This document shows, in pieces, positions 51,655 to 62,482 of a stretch of DNA of 64,000 nucleotides. The DNA lies in contig CM059431.1 of NCBI GenBank assembly GCA_030390025.1, positions 99,388,001 through 99,452,000 of the forward strand, in the 5' to 3' direction. The stretch comes from Squalus acanthias (Eukaryota). Position numbers and translations under genes: made by a program. Numbering within the stretch: position 1 is the stretch's first letter; every line of letters starts with the position of its first letter. The notes beneath the pieces were generated by a model that was not told the DNA's origin, ran no database searches, and was given only the letters and a program-made list of their open reading frames with translations.

Positions 51655-51947
51655 AGAAAGACTTGCATTTCTACAGCTCCTTTCACAACATCAGGACGCC
51701 CCGAAGCGCTTGACGGCCAATGAATACTTTTGAAATTTAGTCACTGTTGTAATGTAGGAAACGCGGCAGCCAATTTATGCACAGCAAGCTCCCACAAACA
51801 GCAATGTGATAATGACCAGATAATCTGTTTTTGTTGTGTTGGTTGAGGGATAAATATTGGCCCCAGGACACCGGGGAGAACTCCCCTGCTCTTCTTCGAA
51901 TAGTGCCACCTGAGAGGGCAGACGGGGCCTCGGTTTTACGTCTCATC
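51655..51947 (-). mobile_element. Deu-SINE 3' part (further short tails at 50157-50240, 50476-50586, 22000-22077)
   Basis: Core and tail homology. Confidence 0.85.
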
Positions 51948-52074
51948 CTTTACAACAGAAAGCATGTGTATTTTTAAATTAAAAAAAAATGCGTTCTGCC
52001 TGTTGTGTGATGGATATAATGGGCGTTGAAAGCAGCATTTTGCACATCTGACCACAACTTTAAAAAAAATTATT

Positions 52075-52600
52075 CTTCTAAGGCCAGCATTTATTGCCCA
52101 TCCCTAGTTGCCCTCGAGAAGGTGTTGGTGAGCTGCCTTCTTGAACCGCTGCAGTCCGTGTGGTGATGGTACTCCCACAGTGCTGTTAGGGAGGGAGTTC
52201 CAGAATTTTGACCCAGCGACGATGAAGGAACGACTGATATATTTCCAAGTCAAGATGGTGTGTGACTTGGAGGGGAACTTGGAGGTGGTGGTGTTCCCAT
52301 GCGCCTGCTGCCCTTGTCCTTCTAAGTGGTAGAGGTCACGGGTTTGGGAGGTGCTGTCGAAGAAGCCTTGGCAAGTTGCTGCAGTGCATCTTGTAGATGG
52401 TACACACTGCAGCCATGGTGCGTTGGTGGTGGAGGGAGTGAATGTTTAAGGTGGTGGATGGGGTGCCGATCAAGTGGGCTGCTTTGTCTTGGATGGTGTT
52501 GAGCTTCTTGAGTGTTGTTGGAGCTGCACTCTTCCAGGCAAGTGGAGAGTATTCCATCACACTCCTGACTTGTGCCTTGTATGTGGTGGAGAGGCTTTGG
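52075..52600 (-). mobile_element. LINE family J, RT C-terminus and tail
   Basis: YKAQVRSVMEYSPLAWKSAAPTTLKKLNTIQDKAAHLIG, a CR1-group-like RT C-terminal motif distinct from the dominant CR1. Confidence 0.85.
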
Positions 52601-53147
52601 GGAGTTCCCAAGCTCTGGCCCTCAGTCAGTACCTGGTGTAGCATTGACGCAGGTAGACCAGGACTCTCTTCACCTGGTCAAAAATGGCAGAAGTGAGTTC
52701 AGGATGGGTTGTGGGGGTTAGTTTTTTTCACCTTTTTAAATGACACCCCGCTTTGTAAAGGGACCCTCGAGGCAGCCAGGTTCTCCGCCCCAGTGGGAAG
52801 CCTCGTCCCTTTTCCCTCCCAGGGATGGCCAGCTTCTATTGACGTTTCTGGGTAATTCAGTGGAGCAAGGAGGAGAAGGGGCACCACGAATGCAACCCAA
52901 ACCGCAAAGGCCTGTTCCTTGATGCCTTCTCTCCCACCCCCACCCCCACCCCCAACCCCTGACCACGCAAACTTTCATTAGGGTCATCGGTGGAGTTCCA
53001 CGCCACTGCGGATTTTCTGGCCCATTGAGTCTGTACTCAAGAGAGAGAGAGAGAGTCCGTGAATAATCAGATGGACAAAATTCAGAATATTTAGGTGCAA
53101 ACTTCAGAGAATTACGATTTTTGGGAATTGAGCAAATAAAACTTAAA

Positions 53148-53864
53148 GGGCGCGAAATTCGGTTCGGGGGCGTAACTGAGTTAAGGCCGGACATTTAGCG
53201 CCTGGCGCAGAAGTACGCAATCTCGGGCGCTCCACTTCCTGCTGGGGCGGTAACTGAGGCGATGTCGGGGCGCGATCGGCTGCGCTCCGCGGAGCACTGC
53301 CACGTTTCAACACCCCTCCCCTTCCGTTAAAGGGGAGGGCCGCTGCGCACTCTGCAGGGCCTCTGATGGCCCACACTAGGCCACCAGGATGGCGTGGTGC
53401 CGCAGCCGCAGCCCGGCGCCGAGAAGCGGTGCCAGGCTGTGCGCGATGGTGGCCAGGCCCACCACGGAGGGCTGACCTGGAGGTTGGCCGAAAAAAGAAA
53501 ATGGCGGCGCGGGTCGTGGCCGCACTGTCCCTTTAAATACTGGCCCGCGATCGGAGGTCGGCCCAGCTCGCGACCCGCGAGGCTGGCGCGGACATCGGCC
53601 GCAGCAGCCTCGCGGGGCGCAGGCAAATTTCTACCGTGGGGTGGTAAGGGGCTGTGGCGCACAGCAATGACGTCATCGTCGGCAGTGCAGCGGCCCGGGG
53701 CGCTACCAGTGGGGGCGCACCGCTATCGGGTAGCGCCTCGACAATGCCCCGCCGAATTCCTCGGGAGGCGCTTCTTTCGCACCCCCCGGCCGATAAGCCC
53801 TTTGCGCCCGTTAGCGCCCCCCGGAGGCGCTAACGGCAGGCGCAAATTGCCGAATTTCTAGCCC
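53148..53864. mobile_element. GC/CpG-rich MITE related to H2
   Basis: TIRs GGGCGCGAAATTCGG...CCGAATTTCTAGCCC; shares the TTAGCGCC...GGCGCTAA subterminal motifs. Confidence 0.8.
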
Positions 53865-54234
53865 TTTAAATAGTTAGCATTCACTGCTCGCCGGCTGGTC
53901 GAGTTTACTCAAGCATAAGGTTGTAAGAAGTGCAATGAAGCAATGTTTTATGAACTGCAGTATCTTAGCAACAGGGAACAGATTTTATGACATCAACATT
54001 GCAGCGAGCTTTCATCACACAAGAATGGCACCTGGGCAGATTATTTTGCTGCAACCTCTTACTTTGTGGCTCCAATTGGGGTAATTCATATTTTTTCCCG
54101 TTTCAAAGCAACCCCGGTTTGTGCTGGCGAGACGATTTATTGCTGCTTTTCACAAGTTCAAGATACTTCAGATACTTTTCAACTACCAGAATTCAAAATA
54201 TTTCATCTGCTGATGAGACTATATAGTAATGAAT

Positions 54235-54971
54235 GGGGGAAAAATTCAGTTGATTTGCGCCTCCCATTAGCGCCCTAAGGGGGCACTAATGGGATGCAAA
54301 GCAACTAGCGCCTGGGCGCGGCGCCGCTAATGCCTCCCGCGAAATTCAGCGGGAGGTTAGCGGCGGCGGTAACCGTTAGCGCCCCATGGTGCTGCGCCTC
54401 TGGCGATGACGTCATCGCCGTGCGCAGTGCCCTGCTTGCGCCCCGGCCACGATCTTCGTTAGCGCCCCCTGACTTACCGCCGGACGCTATGTCCGACAGG
54501 GTCAAGGGGAACTACCTGCGGTCGGGGCGGCGCTAATTAAAGGGGAGGTGCCAGGCGGCCATTTTTGTTGCTTGCTGCCTGCCAGCACCTGCCCCCGTTG
54601 CTGTTCCCGGCCTCCTGTGCAGCCCCCCTCACGGGGTGCCGGCTGCGCTCCGTGAGCCCGGCACTCCTCTTTTGCCAGCACTCCAATCCCTGGTGGCCCA
54701 GCTGGGCCCCGGGTCGCGCTGCGCTAGGCCCCTCCCCTTTAATAAGGGGAGGAAGGCCTGCAGTACCGCGGCGCGACGTGCCGCAGAGCATGGCGCTGCT
54801 GCACATAACGCCGTGATATTCACTCCCAGCGCCCCAAGACGGAGGCGGAGTGCTTCCAGTAGTGCCCCGCCTCCCTCTTGGGGCGCTACCAGTGAATTTC
54901 GGGCGCGGGGGCACTAACTTTTTCGGGGCGAAGTTAGCGCCTCAAAGGGGGCGCGACCCAATTTTGCCCCC
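54235..54971. mobile_element. Harbinger-type MITE family H2, core B
   Basis: GGGGGAAAAATTCAGTTG...CCAATTTTGCCCCC, TSD AAT/AAT. Confidence 0.9.
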
Positions 54972-55279
54972 AATATGTCTTATTTATGATAACGCTTTCT
55001 CTCTCTCGATCGTTCCTATTTCTATCGTTTTATCATTCTTCCTGTTAAGTGCTGACTGAGCCCAATTGTCAGGTAGTGTTTATCATTACCGTGGTTGTTT
55101 GTTGAGCTAGTGGTGTAAAATAAGCAGTGACGATGGATTCATGTCCAGGGCAAAATTGGGTGTGATGGGTTCAGGTCCTCCCGTAGCCAGAGATCAGGCA
55201 ATGCTCTTGACTACATGACCGATTATCAGCTTAGACAGTTATACATCCAACAATTAATGATTGAGAGGGAAGGAGGGTC

Positions 55280-55720
55280 ACTCAGCCTGCTTGATTGGCA
55301 CCCCATCCACCGCCTTAAACATTCACTCCCTCCACCACCGGCGTACCATGGCTGCAGTGTGCACCATCTACAAGATGCACTGCAGCAACTCGCCAAGGCT
55401 TCTTCGACAGCACCTCCCAAACCCGCGACCTCTACCACCTAGAAAGACAAGGGCAGCAGGCGCATCAGAACACCACCATCTCCGAGTTCCCCTCCAAGTC
55501 ACACACCATCCTGACTTGGAAATTTATCGACCCTTCCTTCATCGTCGCTGGGTCAAAATCCTGGAATTCCCTCCCTAACAGCACTGTGGGAGTACTTTCA
55601 CCACATGGACAGCAGCGGTTCAAGAAGGCGGCTCACCACCACCTTCTCAAGGGGCGACTAGGGATGGGCAATAAATGCTGGCCTTGCAAGCGACGCCCAC
55701 ATCCCATAAACTAATTAAAA
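55280..55720 (+). mobile_element. LINE family J 3' fragment
   Basis: LIGTPSTALNIHSLHHRRTMAAVCTIYKMHC. Confidence 0.85.
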
Positions 55721-56081
55721 GAAGCAGCATCCACTTCCTGTGCATGGTCAAAATCAAACCAGAAACCGATGTACTGTAGCTGCAAATACTCCTCTTTAGT
55801 CTTCTTAGGCAGTCCCTCGGAACCGAGGATGACTTTAGTACACCAGCAACAGAAATGTTACTTTTTGCGGGTGAAAGTCCTAAATTGATGTATTTCACTT
55901 GACGCATTTCCGTTTTGTTGCTAAGATTGTAAAGGAGATTTCCCGTGGGTTTAAGAGACATGATATTGCCCTTGGAGCTGTCTCTGCTTCACATGCAGAT
56001 GACATTGTGGCTTCCTTTACTAAACGTTGCCTTCATCACTAACAAATGAAGTCGTACAGATCTAATTGTAGGCTGCCGTGG

Positions 56082-56507
56082 TTACATAGCATAGAATGTA
56101 CAGCACAGAAACAGGCCATTCGGCCCAACTGGTCCGTGCCGGTGTTTCTGCTCCACACCAGCCTCCTCCCACCCCTCTTCATCTCACCCCATCAGCATAT
56201 CCTCCTATTCCTGTCTCCCTCCTGTGTTTATCCAGCTTCCCCTTAAATGCATCTCTGCTATTCGCCTCAACCACTCCCTGTTCCACATTCTAACCACTCT
56301 CTGGGTAAAGAAGTTTCTCCTGAATTCCTCATTTGACTTAATAATGACTTTGTTATATTTATGGCCCCTAGGTTTGGTCTCTCCCACAAGTAGAAACATC
56401 TTCTCTATGTCTACCCTATCAAACTGCTTCAAAATTTTGAAGCCCTCTATCGGGACACCCCCCCTCAGCCTTCTCTTTTCTAGAGTAACGAGCCCCCGCC
56501 TGTTCAA
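56082..56507 (-). mobile_element. CR1 3' fragment
   Basis: FRRNFFTQRVVRMWN. Confidence 0.88.
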
Positions 56508-56834
56508 TTAAGATGAAGAAGTAAAGTGTAACAACAGTGGACATGGTATGTGGGGCCACATATATCTTAGCATCAAGGCATAATTTTAAAGCAAGGATCA
56601 CTTTTTTAAAAATATCAAAAAATATCAGGCGGATGAAGAGAATTGGGATTAACTTTTAACGTGCAGTTTCGGTTAAATAGTAACCTCTGGTGACATCATC
56701 AGGGGAACTTGCTGGAAGAAGTTACTGTACCCAACAAAGAGAGAAGGCCAATTAGTACATGGTGCCGATGAATAAGTGGTTTAACGCGCTGCATTAATCA
56801 CAGTACTGAGTGACTGTAATAAATCCTGACAACT

Positions 56835-57585
56835 GTCAGCTGCGGCTCAGTGGGCAGCACCCTCGCCTCGGAGTCAGAAGATCGTGGGTTCAAGTCCCAC
56901 TCCAGAGACTTTAGCACATAATCCAGGCTGACACTCCCAGTGCAGTACTGAGGGAGTGCCGCACTGTCGGAGGGGCAGTGCTGAGGGAGTGCCGCACTGT
57001 CGGAGGGGCAGTACTGAGGGAGTGCCGCACTGTCGGAGGGGCAGTACTGAGGGAGTGCCGCACTGTCTGAGGGGCAATACTGAGGGAGTGCTGCACTGTC
57101 GGAGGGGCAGTACTGAGGGAACGCTGCACTGTCGGAGGGGCAGTACTGAGGGAGCGCCGCACTGTCGGAGGGGCAATACTGAGGGAGTGCTGCCCTGTCG
57201 GAGGGGCAGTACTGAGGGAGCGCTGCACTGTCGGAGGGGCAGTACTGAGGGAGCGCCACACTGTCGGAGGTGCCGTCTTTTGGATGAGATGTTAAACCCG
57301 TCTGCTGTCTCAGGTGGACGTAAAAGATCCCACGGCACTATTTCGAAGAGCAGGGGAGTTCTCTCCGGTGTCCTGGGCCAATATTTATCCCTCAGTCAAT
57401 ATCACTAAAACAGATTATCTGGTCATTATCACATTGCTGTTTGTGGGAGCTTGCTGTGCGCAAATTGGCTGCTACGTTTCCCACATTACAACAGTGACCA
57501 CACTTCAAAAATACTTCATTGGCTGTAAAGCGCTTTGGGACGTCCTTAAGTCGTGAAAGGCGCTGTAGAAATGCAAGTCTTTTTT
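56835..57585 (+). mobile_element. Full-length Deu-SINE with 10 x 33-bp expansion (56943-57270)
   Basis: A and B boxes, array, core and tail all present. Confidence 0.92.
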
Positions 57586-57602
57586 TCTTTTAACTCCCAA
57601 CC

Positions 57603-57735
57603 AATTCTGAGGAACAGCTCCACCTCAAATATTGACTCACTTTTTCGCAATACTGACACACAGGCCTGCCTTGGATTTCCAACATTTTCTGTTCGATTTC
57701 AGATTTCCAGAATTCCTGTTTTTGCTGTTTATTTC
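57603..57735 (+). mobile_element. Strongly decayed PLE pLTR fragment
   Basis: Weak reverse-complement similarity to 1340-1440 (TTCTGAGGAA..., TTTCCAACATTTTCTGTT). Confidence 0.45.
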
Positions 57736-58358
57736 TCAGGGTGCAATTACACTGGACAATTTTTGCACCATGAAGAGATTCTGACTGCATGTTGGCACAA
57801 ACCTGGGCAGGATTATCCAAAATTCAGCTGCCCGTGTCCTAACCTGAACCAGGCCTCTCTCATCATTTGCCCCGTTTTCACTGGTCTACCTTGTTCCACG
57901 GGGCCTCCAATTTAAAGTTCTTGTCGCTGTGTTTAAATCCCTCTATGGCCTTTCTCCTCCCTATGTCTGTGCCCATCTCCCGTCCTACAAACACCCGCTT
58001 CCTGAACTCACCGGCCTCTCGTGTCTCGCTCCTCCCATTGCCATTAGTGTTCCCTCAGACGCATAATTCCCACTCTTTGGTATTCGCTCCGTAGACCCCT
58101 CTGTCTCTCCATCTCCCTGCACTTCTCCACTGTCCACCGCCTTTCCATCACCCTCCATCTCCCCCCTCCGTCTCCCCCATCCGTCTCCCCCTCCATTGTC
58201 TCCCCCTCCCCTGTCTCTTTCTCTCTCGCTCTCTCCTTGCTCTGTCTCTCTCTCTCTTATTTTCTCTCTTTAACATAATTGCGAGGCAAGGCTTTCCAGG
58301 AAATTGGACACCATGGAACTATTGAAACTTAATTTTTAATCATTTTAATGTTAACCGA

Positions 58359-58546
58359 GCTCTCTCTCTGTCTCTCTCTCTCTCTGTCTGTCTCTCTCTC
58401 TCTCTGTCTGTCTCTCTCTCTCTCTGTCTCTCTCTCTCTCTGTCTTTCTCTCTGTCTCTCTCTCTCTCTCTCTGTGTCTCTCTCTCTGTGTGTGTCTCTC
58501 TTTCTCTCTGTCTGTCTCTGTCTCTCTGTGTCTCTCTCTCTGTCTG

Positions 58547-58580
<34 letters not shown>

Positions 58581-58584
58581 TGTG

Positions 58585-58616
<32 letters not shown>

Positions 58617-58650
58617 TCTGTCTCTCTCTCTCTCTCTGTCTCTCTCTGTG
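58359..58650. repeat. (CT)n/(CTGT)n microsatellite
   Basis: Seen directly. Confidence 0.97.
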
Positions 58651-58814
58651 TTGGTTCTTTGTTCAAGTGTTCAGAGGGTGGAGAGCAGAACTCCACTCTC
58701 GATGTCTAAAGAGCAATCAGCAGTTGGTGCTGTAAGTGGTGCTCGCTGGTCCAGCAAGTCCTTCTCTCGAGCTGGTGTTTGGAATATGATGAAGCCTCAA
58801 GATTGCTCCAGTCC

Positions 58815-59440
58815 TAAGAACATAAGAACATAAGAAATAGGAGCAGGAGTCGGCCATTTGGCCCCTCGAGCCTGCTCCGCCATTCAATAAGATCCTGGCT
58901 GATCTTCGACCTCAACTCCACTTTCCCGCCCGATCTCCATATCCCTTGATTCCCCTAGAGTCCAAAAATCTATCGATCTCAGCCTTGAATATACTCAAAG
59001 ACTCTGCATCCACAGCCCTCTGAGGCAGACAATTCCAAAGATTCACAACCCTCTGAGTGAAGAAATTCCTCCTCATCTCGGTCTTAAATGACCGACCCCT
59101 TATCCTGAGACTATGCCCCTAGTTCTAGACACTCCAGCCAGGGGAAACAACCTCTCAGCATCTACCCTGTCAATCCCCTTCAGAATCTTGTATGTTTCAA
59201 TGAGATCACCTCTCATTCTTCTAAACTCCAGAGAGTATAGGCCTAATCTACTCAATCTCTCATCATAGGACAGCCCTCTCATCCCAGGAATCAATCTAGT
59301 GAACCTTTGTTGCACTGCCTCCAAGGCAAGTATATCCTTCCTTAGATAAGGAGACCAAAACTGTGCACAGTACTCCAGGTGTGGTGTCACCAAGGCCCTG
59401 TACAATTGTAGCAAGACTTCCTTACTCTTATACTCCAACC
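58815..59440 (-). mobile_element. CR1 3' fragment
   Basis: EYKSKEVLLQLYRALVTPHLEYCAQFWSP and tail. Confidence 0.92.
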
Positions 59441-60944
59441 CTGTTTTAGTGGGACTTGTGAACTCTAGTCAACAGGTGTCAAAAGGCTAACAGTGATGCA
59501 AGGAAGAGTGAATCTAACCTTCCATCAGAAGTATTGATTGTGTTTTACGTACAAATGCTTTAAGGTCACTGCACAGAGAATCTAATCTCACATAATCTTT
59601 CTCAGTTTGCCCATGGCTAAGTGGGTGAAGATGACATGGAAAAAGTATTAACAGGAAACAGTTACAACATGCACAGTGGTTGAAAATAACCAGTATTTGA
59701 GACTATATTGAGTCACAACTTATAGTGTCAGCCTTAATTTTTGACGGAATCCAACAAAACTGCTGAAAGATGAACTGCTTCGACCCAGACATGATTATTG
59801 TGTTCAATTTGATTGCAGCCATGCTCGGCTATTACCTGCCTGTCTTTTCTAACACTTTGGAGAATTTCAGTTTCATTTACAGCCTCTGTTCGATGCAGGG
59901 GTGAATGTGCTGCTGCCCTTGGCAAAGTCCATTTGAGCAAATGAACAAAGGATATCATCATGGTATTGACCCTGCATCTATCGGAGTTTAATTATCAACC
60001 ACTGAGACCAGTTGAGATTCAGTTACAACCAATATCCTACCAGCAGAATGGATGAACAGTGTCAACACAGGGTTTGAGAAGGAGTCGCAGATTTACACAG
60101 GTACAGAGCGAGAACCAATGCTAGACAGGGAGAAGCTACTAATACACACACAGGGCGAGGGGCACACAGGAGAGAGACTGAGAAAGGCATAGATACAGTG
60201 GGTGAAAAAGAACAGAAGACCGCAGATAGAGAGAGAGGGGGGAAACCACAGGTACACATGGAAGGGAAAGAGAGAGATCATAGAATCTTAGAATCATAGA
60301 AATTTACAGCACATAAGGAGGTCATTAGGCCCACTTTGTCCGTGCCGGCCGACAAAGAGCTATCCAGCCTAATCCCACTTTCCAGCTCTTGGTCCGTAGC
60401 CCTGTAGGTTACGGCACTTCGAGTGCATATCCAAGTACTTTTTAAATGTGATGAGGGTTTCTGCCTCGACCACCCTTTCAGGCAGTGAGTTCCAGACCCC
60501 CACCACCCTCTGGGTGAAGAAATTTCTCCTCAACTCCCCTCTAAACCTCCTGCCAATTACTTTAAATCTATGCCCCCTGGTTATTGACCTCTCTGCTAAG
60601 GGAAATAGGTCCTTCCTATCCACTCTATCTAGGCCCCTCATAATTTTATACACCTCAATTAAATCTCCCCTCAGCCTCCTCTGTTCCAAAGAAAACAACC
60701 CCAGCCTATCCAATCTTTCCTCATAGCTAAAATTCCCCAGCCCAGGCAACATCCTCGTAAATCTCCTCTGCACCCTCTCTAGTGCAATCACATCCTTCCT
60801 GTAATGTGGTGACCAGAACTGCACGCAGTACTCTAGCTGTGGCCTAACTAGTGTTTAATACAGTTCAAGCATAACCTCCCTGCTCTTATATTCTAGTGAG
60901 AAGTCGCACAACACCAGGTTATAGTCCAACAGCTTTATTTGAAA

Positions 60945-60977
60945 TCACAAGCTTTCGGAGCGCTGCTCCTTCATCAG
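60945..60977 (-). ncRNA. Second hammerhead core on the opposite strand (5' strand of stem I missing)
   Basis: Minus strand CUGAUGA-A-GGAG-CAGCG-CUCC-GAAA-GCUU-GUGA. Confidence 0.65.
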
Positions 60978-60980
60978 ACT

Positions 60981-61017
60981 TCACCTGATGAAGGAGCAGC
61001 ACTCTGAAAGCTTGTGA
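60981..61017 (+). ncRNA. Minimal type-I hammerhead ribozyme (PLE type)
   Basis: UCAC-CUGAUGA-A-GGAG-CAGCA-CUCU-GAAA-GC-UU^GUGA. Stem I is UCAC/GUGA, the core is intact, and palindromic AGCU replaces stem III. Predicted cut after 61013. Confidence 0.75.
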
Positions 61018-62017
61018 TTTCAAATAAAGCTGTTGGACTATAACCTGGTGTTGTGCAACTTCTCACATTTGTCCACCCCAGTCCAACACCGGCAACTCCA
61101 CATCATGGACACTTATATTCTATGCCTCGGCTAATAAAGGCAAGTATCCCGTATGCCTTCTTAACCACTTTATCTACCTGTCCTGCTACCTTCAGGGATC
61201 TGTGGACATGCACTCCAAGGTCCCTCTGATCTTCTGCACTTCTCAGTGTCCTACCATTTATTGTGCATTCCCTTGCCTTGTTAGCCCTCCCCAAATGCAT
61301 TACCTCACACTTCTCCAGATTGAATTCCATTTGTCACTTTTCTGCCCACCTGACCAGTCTATTGATATCTTCCTGCAGTCTGCAGCTTTTTTCTTCATTA
61401 TCAACCCCACGGCCGATTTTTGTATCATCTGCAAACTTCTTAATCATACTTCCTACATTCAAGTCCAAATCATAGATACATACCACAAAAAGCAAGGGAC
61501 CTAGTACTGAGCCCTGCGGAACCCCACTGGAAACAGCCTTCCAGTCACAAAAACACCCGTCGACCATTACTCTTTGTTTCCTGCCTCTGAGCCAATTTTG
61601 GATCTAACTTGCTACTTTGCCTTGGATCCACTGATAAAACCACTGACAGACAGTGAAGGAATGAAAACCAAGATGTGCAGAGGAAAGCAAAGAGAAAGAG
61701 AATATTAAAAACCAGCAAGAGAAAAGTTCAGATGCAGAGACAGAGAACGAAACACTGCGGGTAAAGAGAAATAGAGAAACCACAAGTAGTGACACAGAAA
61801 GTGAAAACTGCAGAAACAGAAAAAGGAAAGAAAACAGAGATAGAGAACAAGAAAGAAAGAGAAAGGCATTGCGAGTGAAAATGACAGATGTATACCGAGG
61901 AGATAGAGAGATAGAGAGAGCACTTGAGAACCCGTATACCTTTGGTTAAGGATGCGTGTCGTCATTAAGCTGCGCTGTTCTACATGTCACAATCATTATT
62001 GTCTACAGTACTGGGAT

Positions 62018-62482
62018 TGGTAGCATTGTGGTTATGTTACTGGACTACCAATCCACAGTAAACGAGTTCAAATCCTGCCACGGCAGCTGGGGAATTTAAA
62101 TTCGCTTACTTTTTCTTCCAGATTTAAAAAAAATGATCAGTAATGGTGGCCATGAAACTATCGGATTGTCGTAAAAACCCATCTGGTTCACTAATGTCCT
62201 TTAGGGAAGGAAATCTGCTGTCCTTACCCGGTCTGGCCTATATGTGACTCCAGACCCACAGCAATGTGGTTGACTCTTAACTGCCCTCTGAGATGCCCTA
62301 GCGAGACACTCAGTTGTAACAAACCGCTACGAAACACAATAATAAGAATAAAACCGGACGGACCACCACTGGCTTTGGACATGACAATGGCACATTGCAA
62401 CGGCTCACCACCACCTTCTCGAGGGCAATAAATGCCCACCTTGCCAGCAACACCCACATCCCAGGAACAAACAAAAAAAAAG
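62018..62482 (+). mobile_element. tRNA-headed SINE-like element with the family J LINE 3' tail
   Basis: A-box-like TAGCATTGTGG, B box GAGTTCAAATC; 62400-62480 matches the J tail; poly-A end. Confidence 0.7.

Larger units (their letters stand above)
60896..61111 (+). mobile_element. Palindromic Penelope-pLTR mini-element, copy 2
   Basis: 11-bp TSD CTTATATTCTA (60885-60895 / 61112-61122); 82-bp inverted arms 60896-60977 / 60985-61066. Confidence 0.88.
60278..61630 (-). mobile_element. CR1 LINE, 1.1 kb plus insertion (same subfamily as 29047-30778)
   Basis: GVPQGSVLGPLLF, FADDTK and FISRGIEYK|SREV, split by the PLE mini-element. Confidence 0.95.

Noticed and set aside
54210..54234. CTGATGA-GACTATATAGT possible hammerhead (also CTGATGAG at ~7249)
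   Set aside because: No correctly placed GAAA and no stem I at 54210; no stem II at 7249.
53143..54971. CpG-island-like promoter with multiple overlapping ORFs (also 42.9-43.6 kb)
   Set aside because: The GC-rich DNA is bounded exactly by MITE TIRs and repeated elsewhere in the window.
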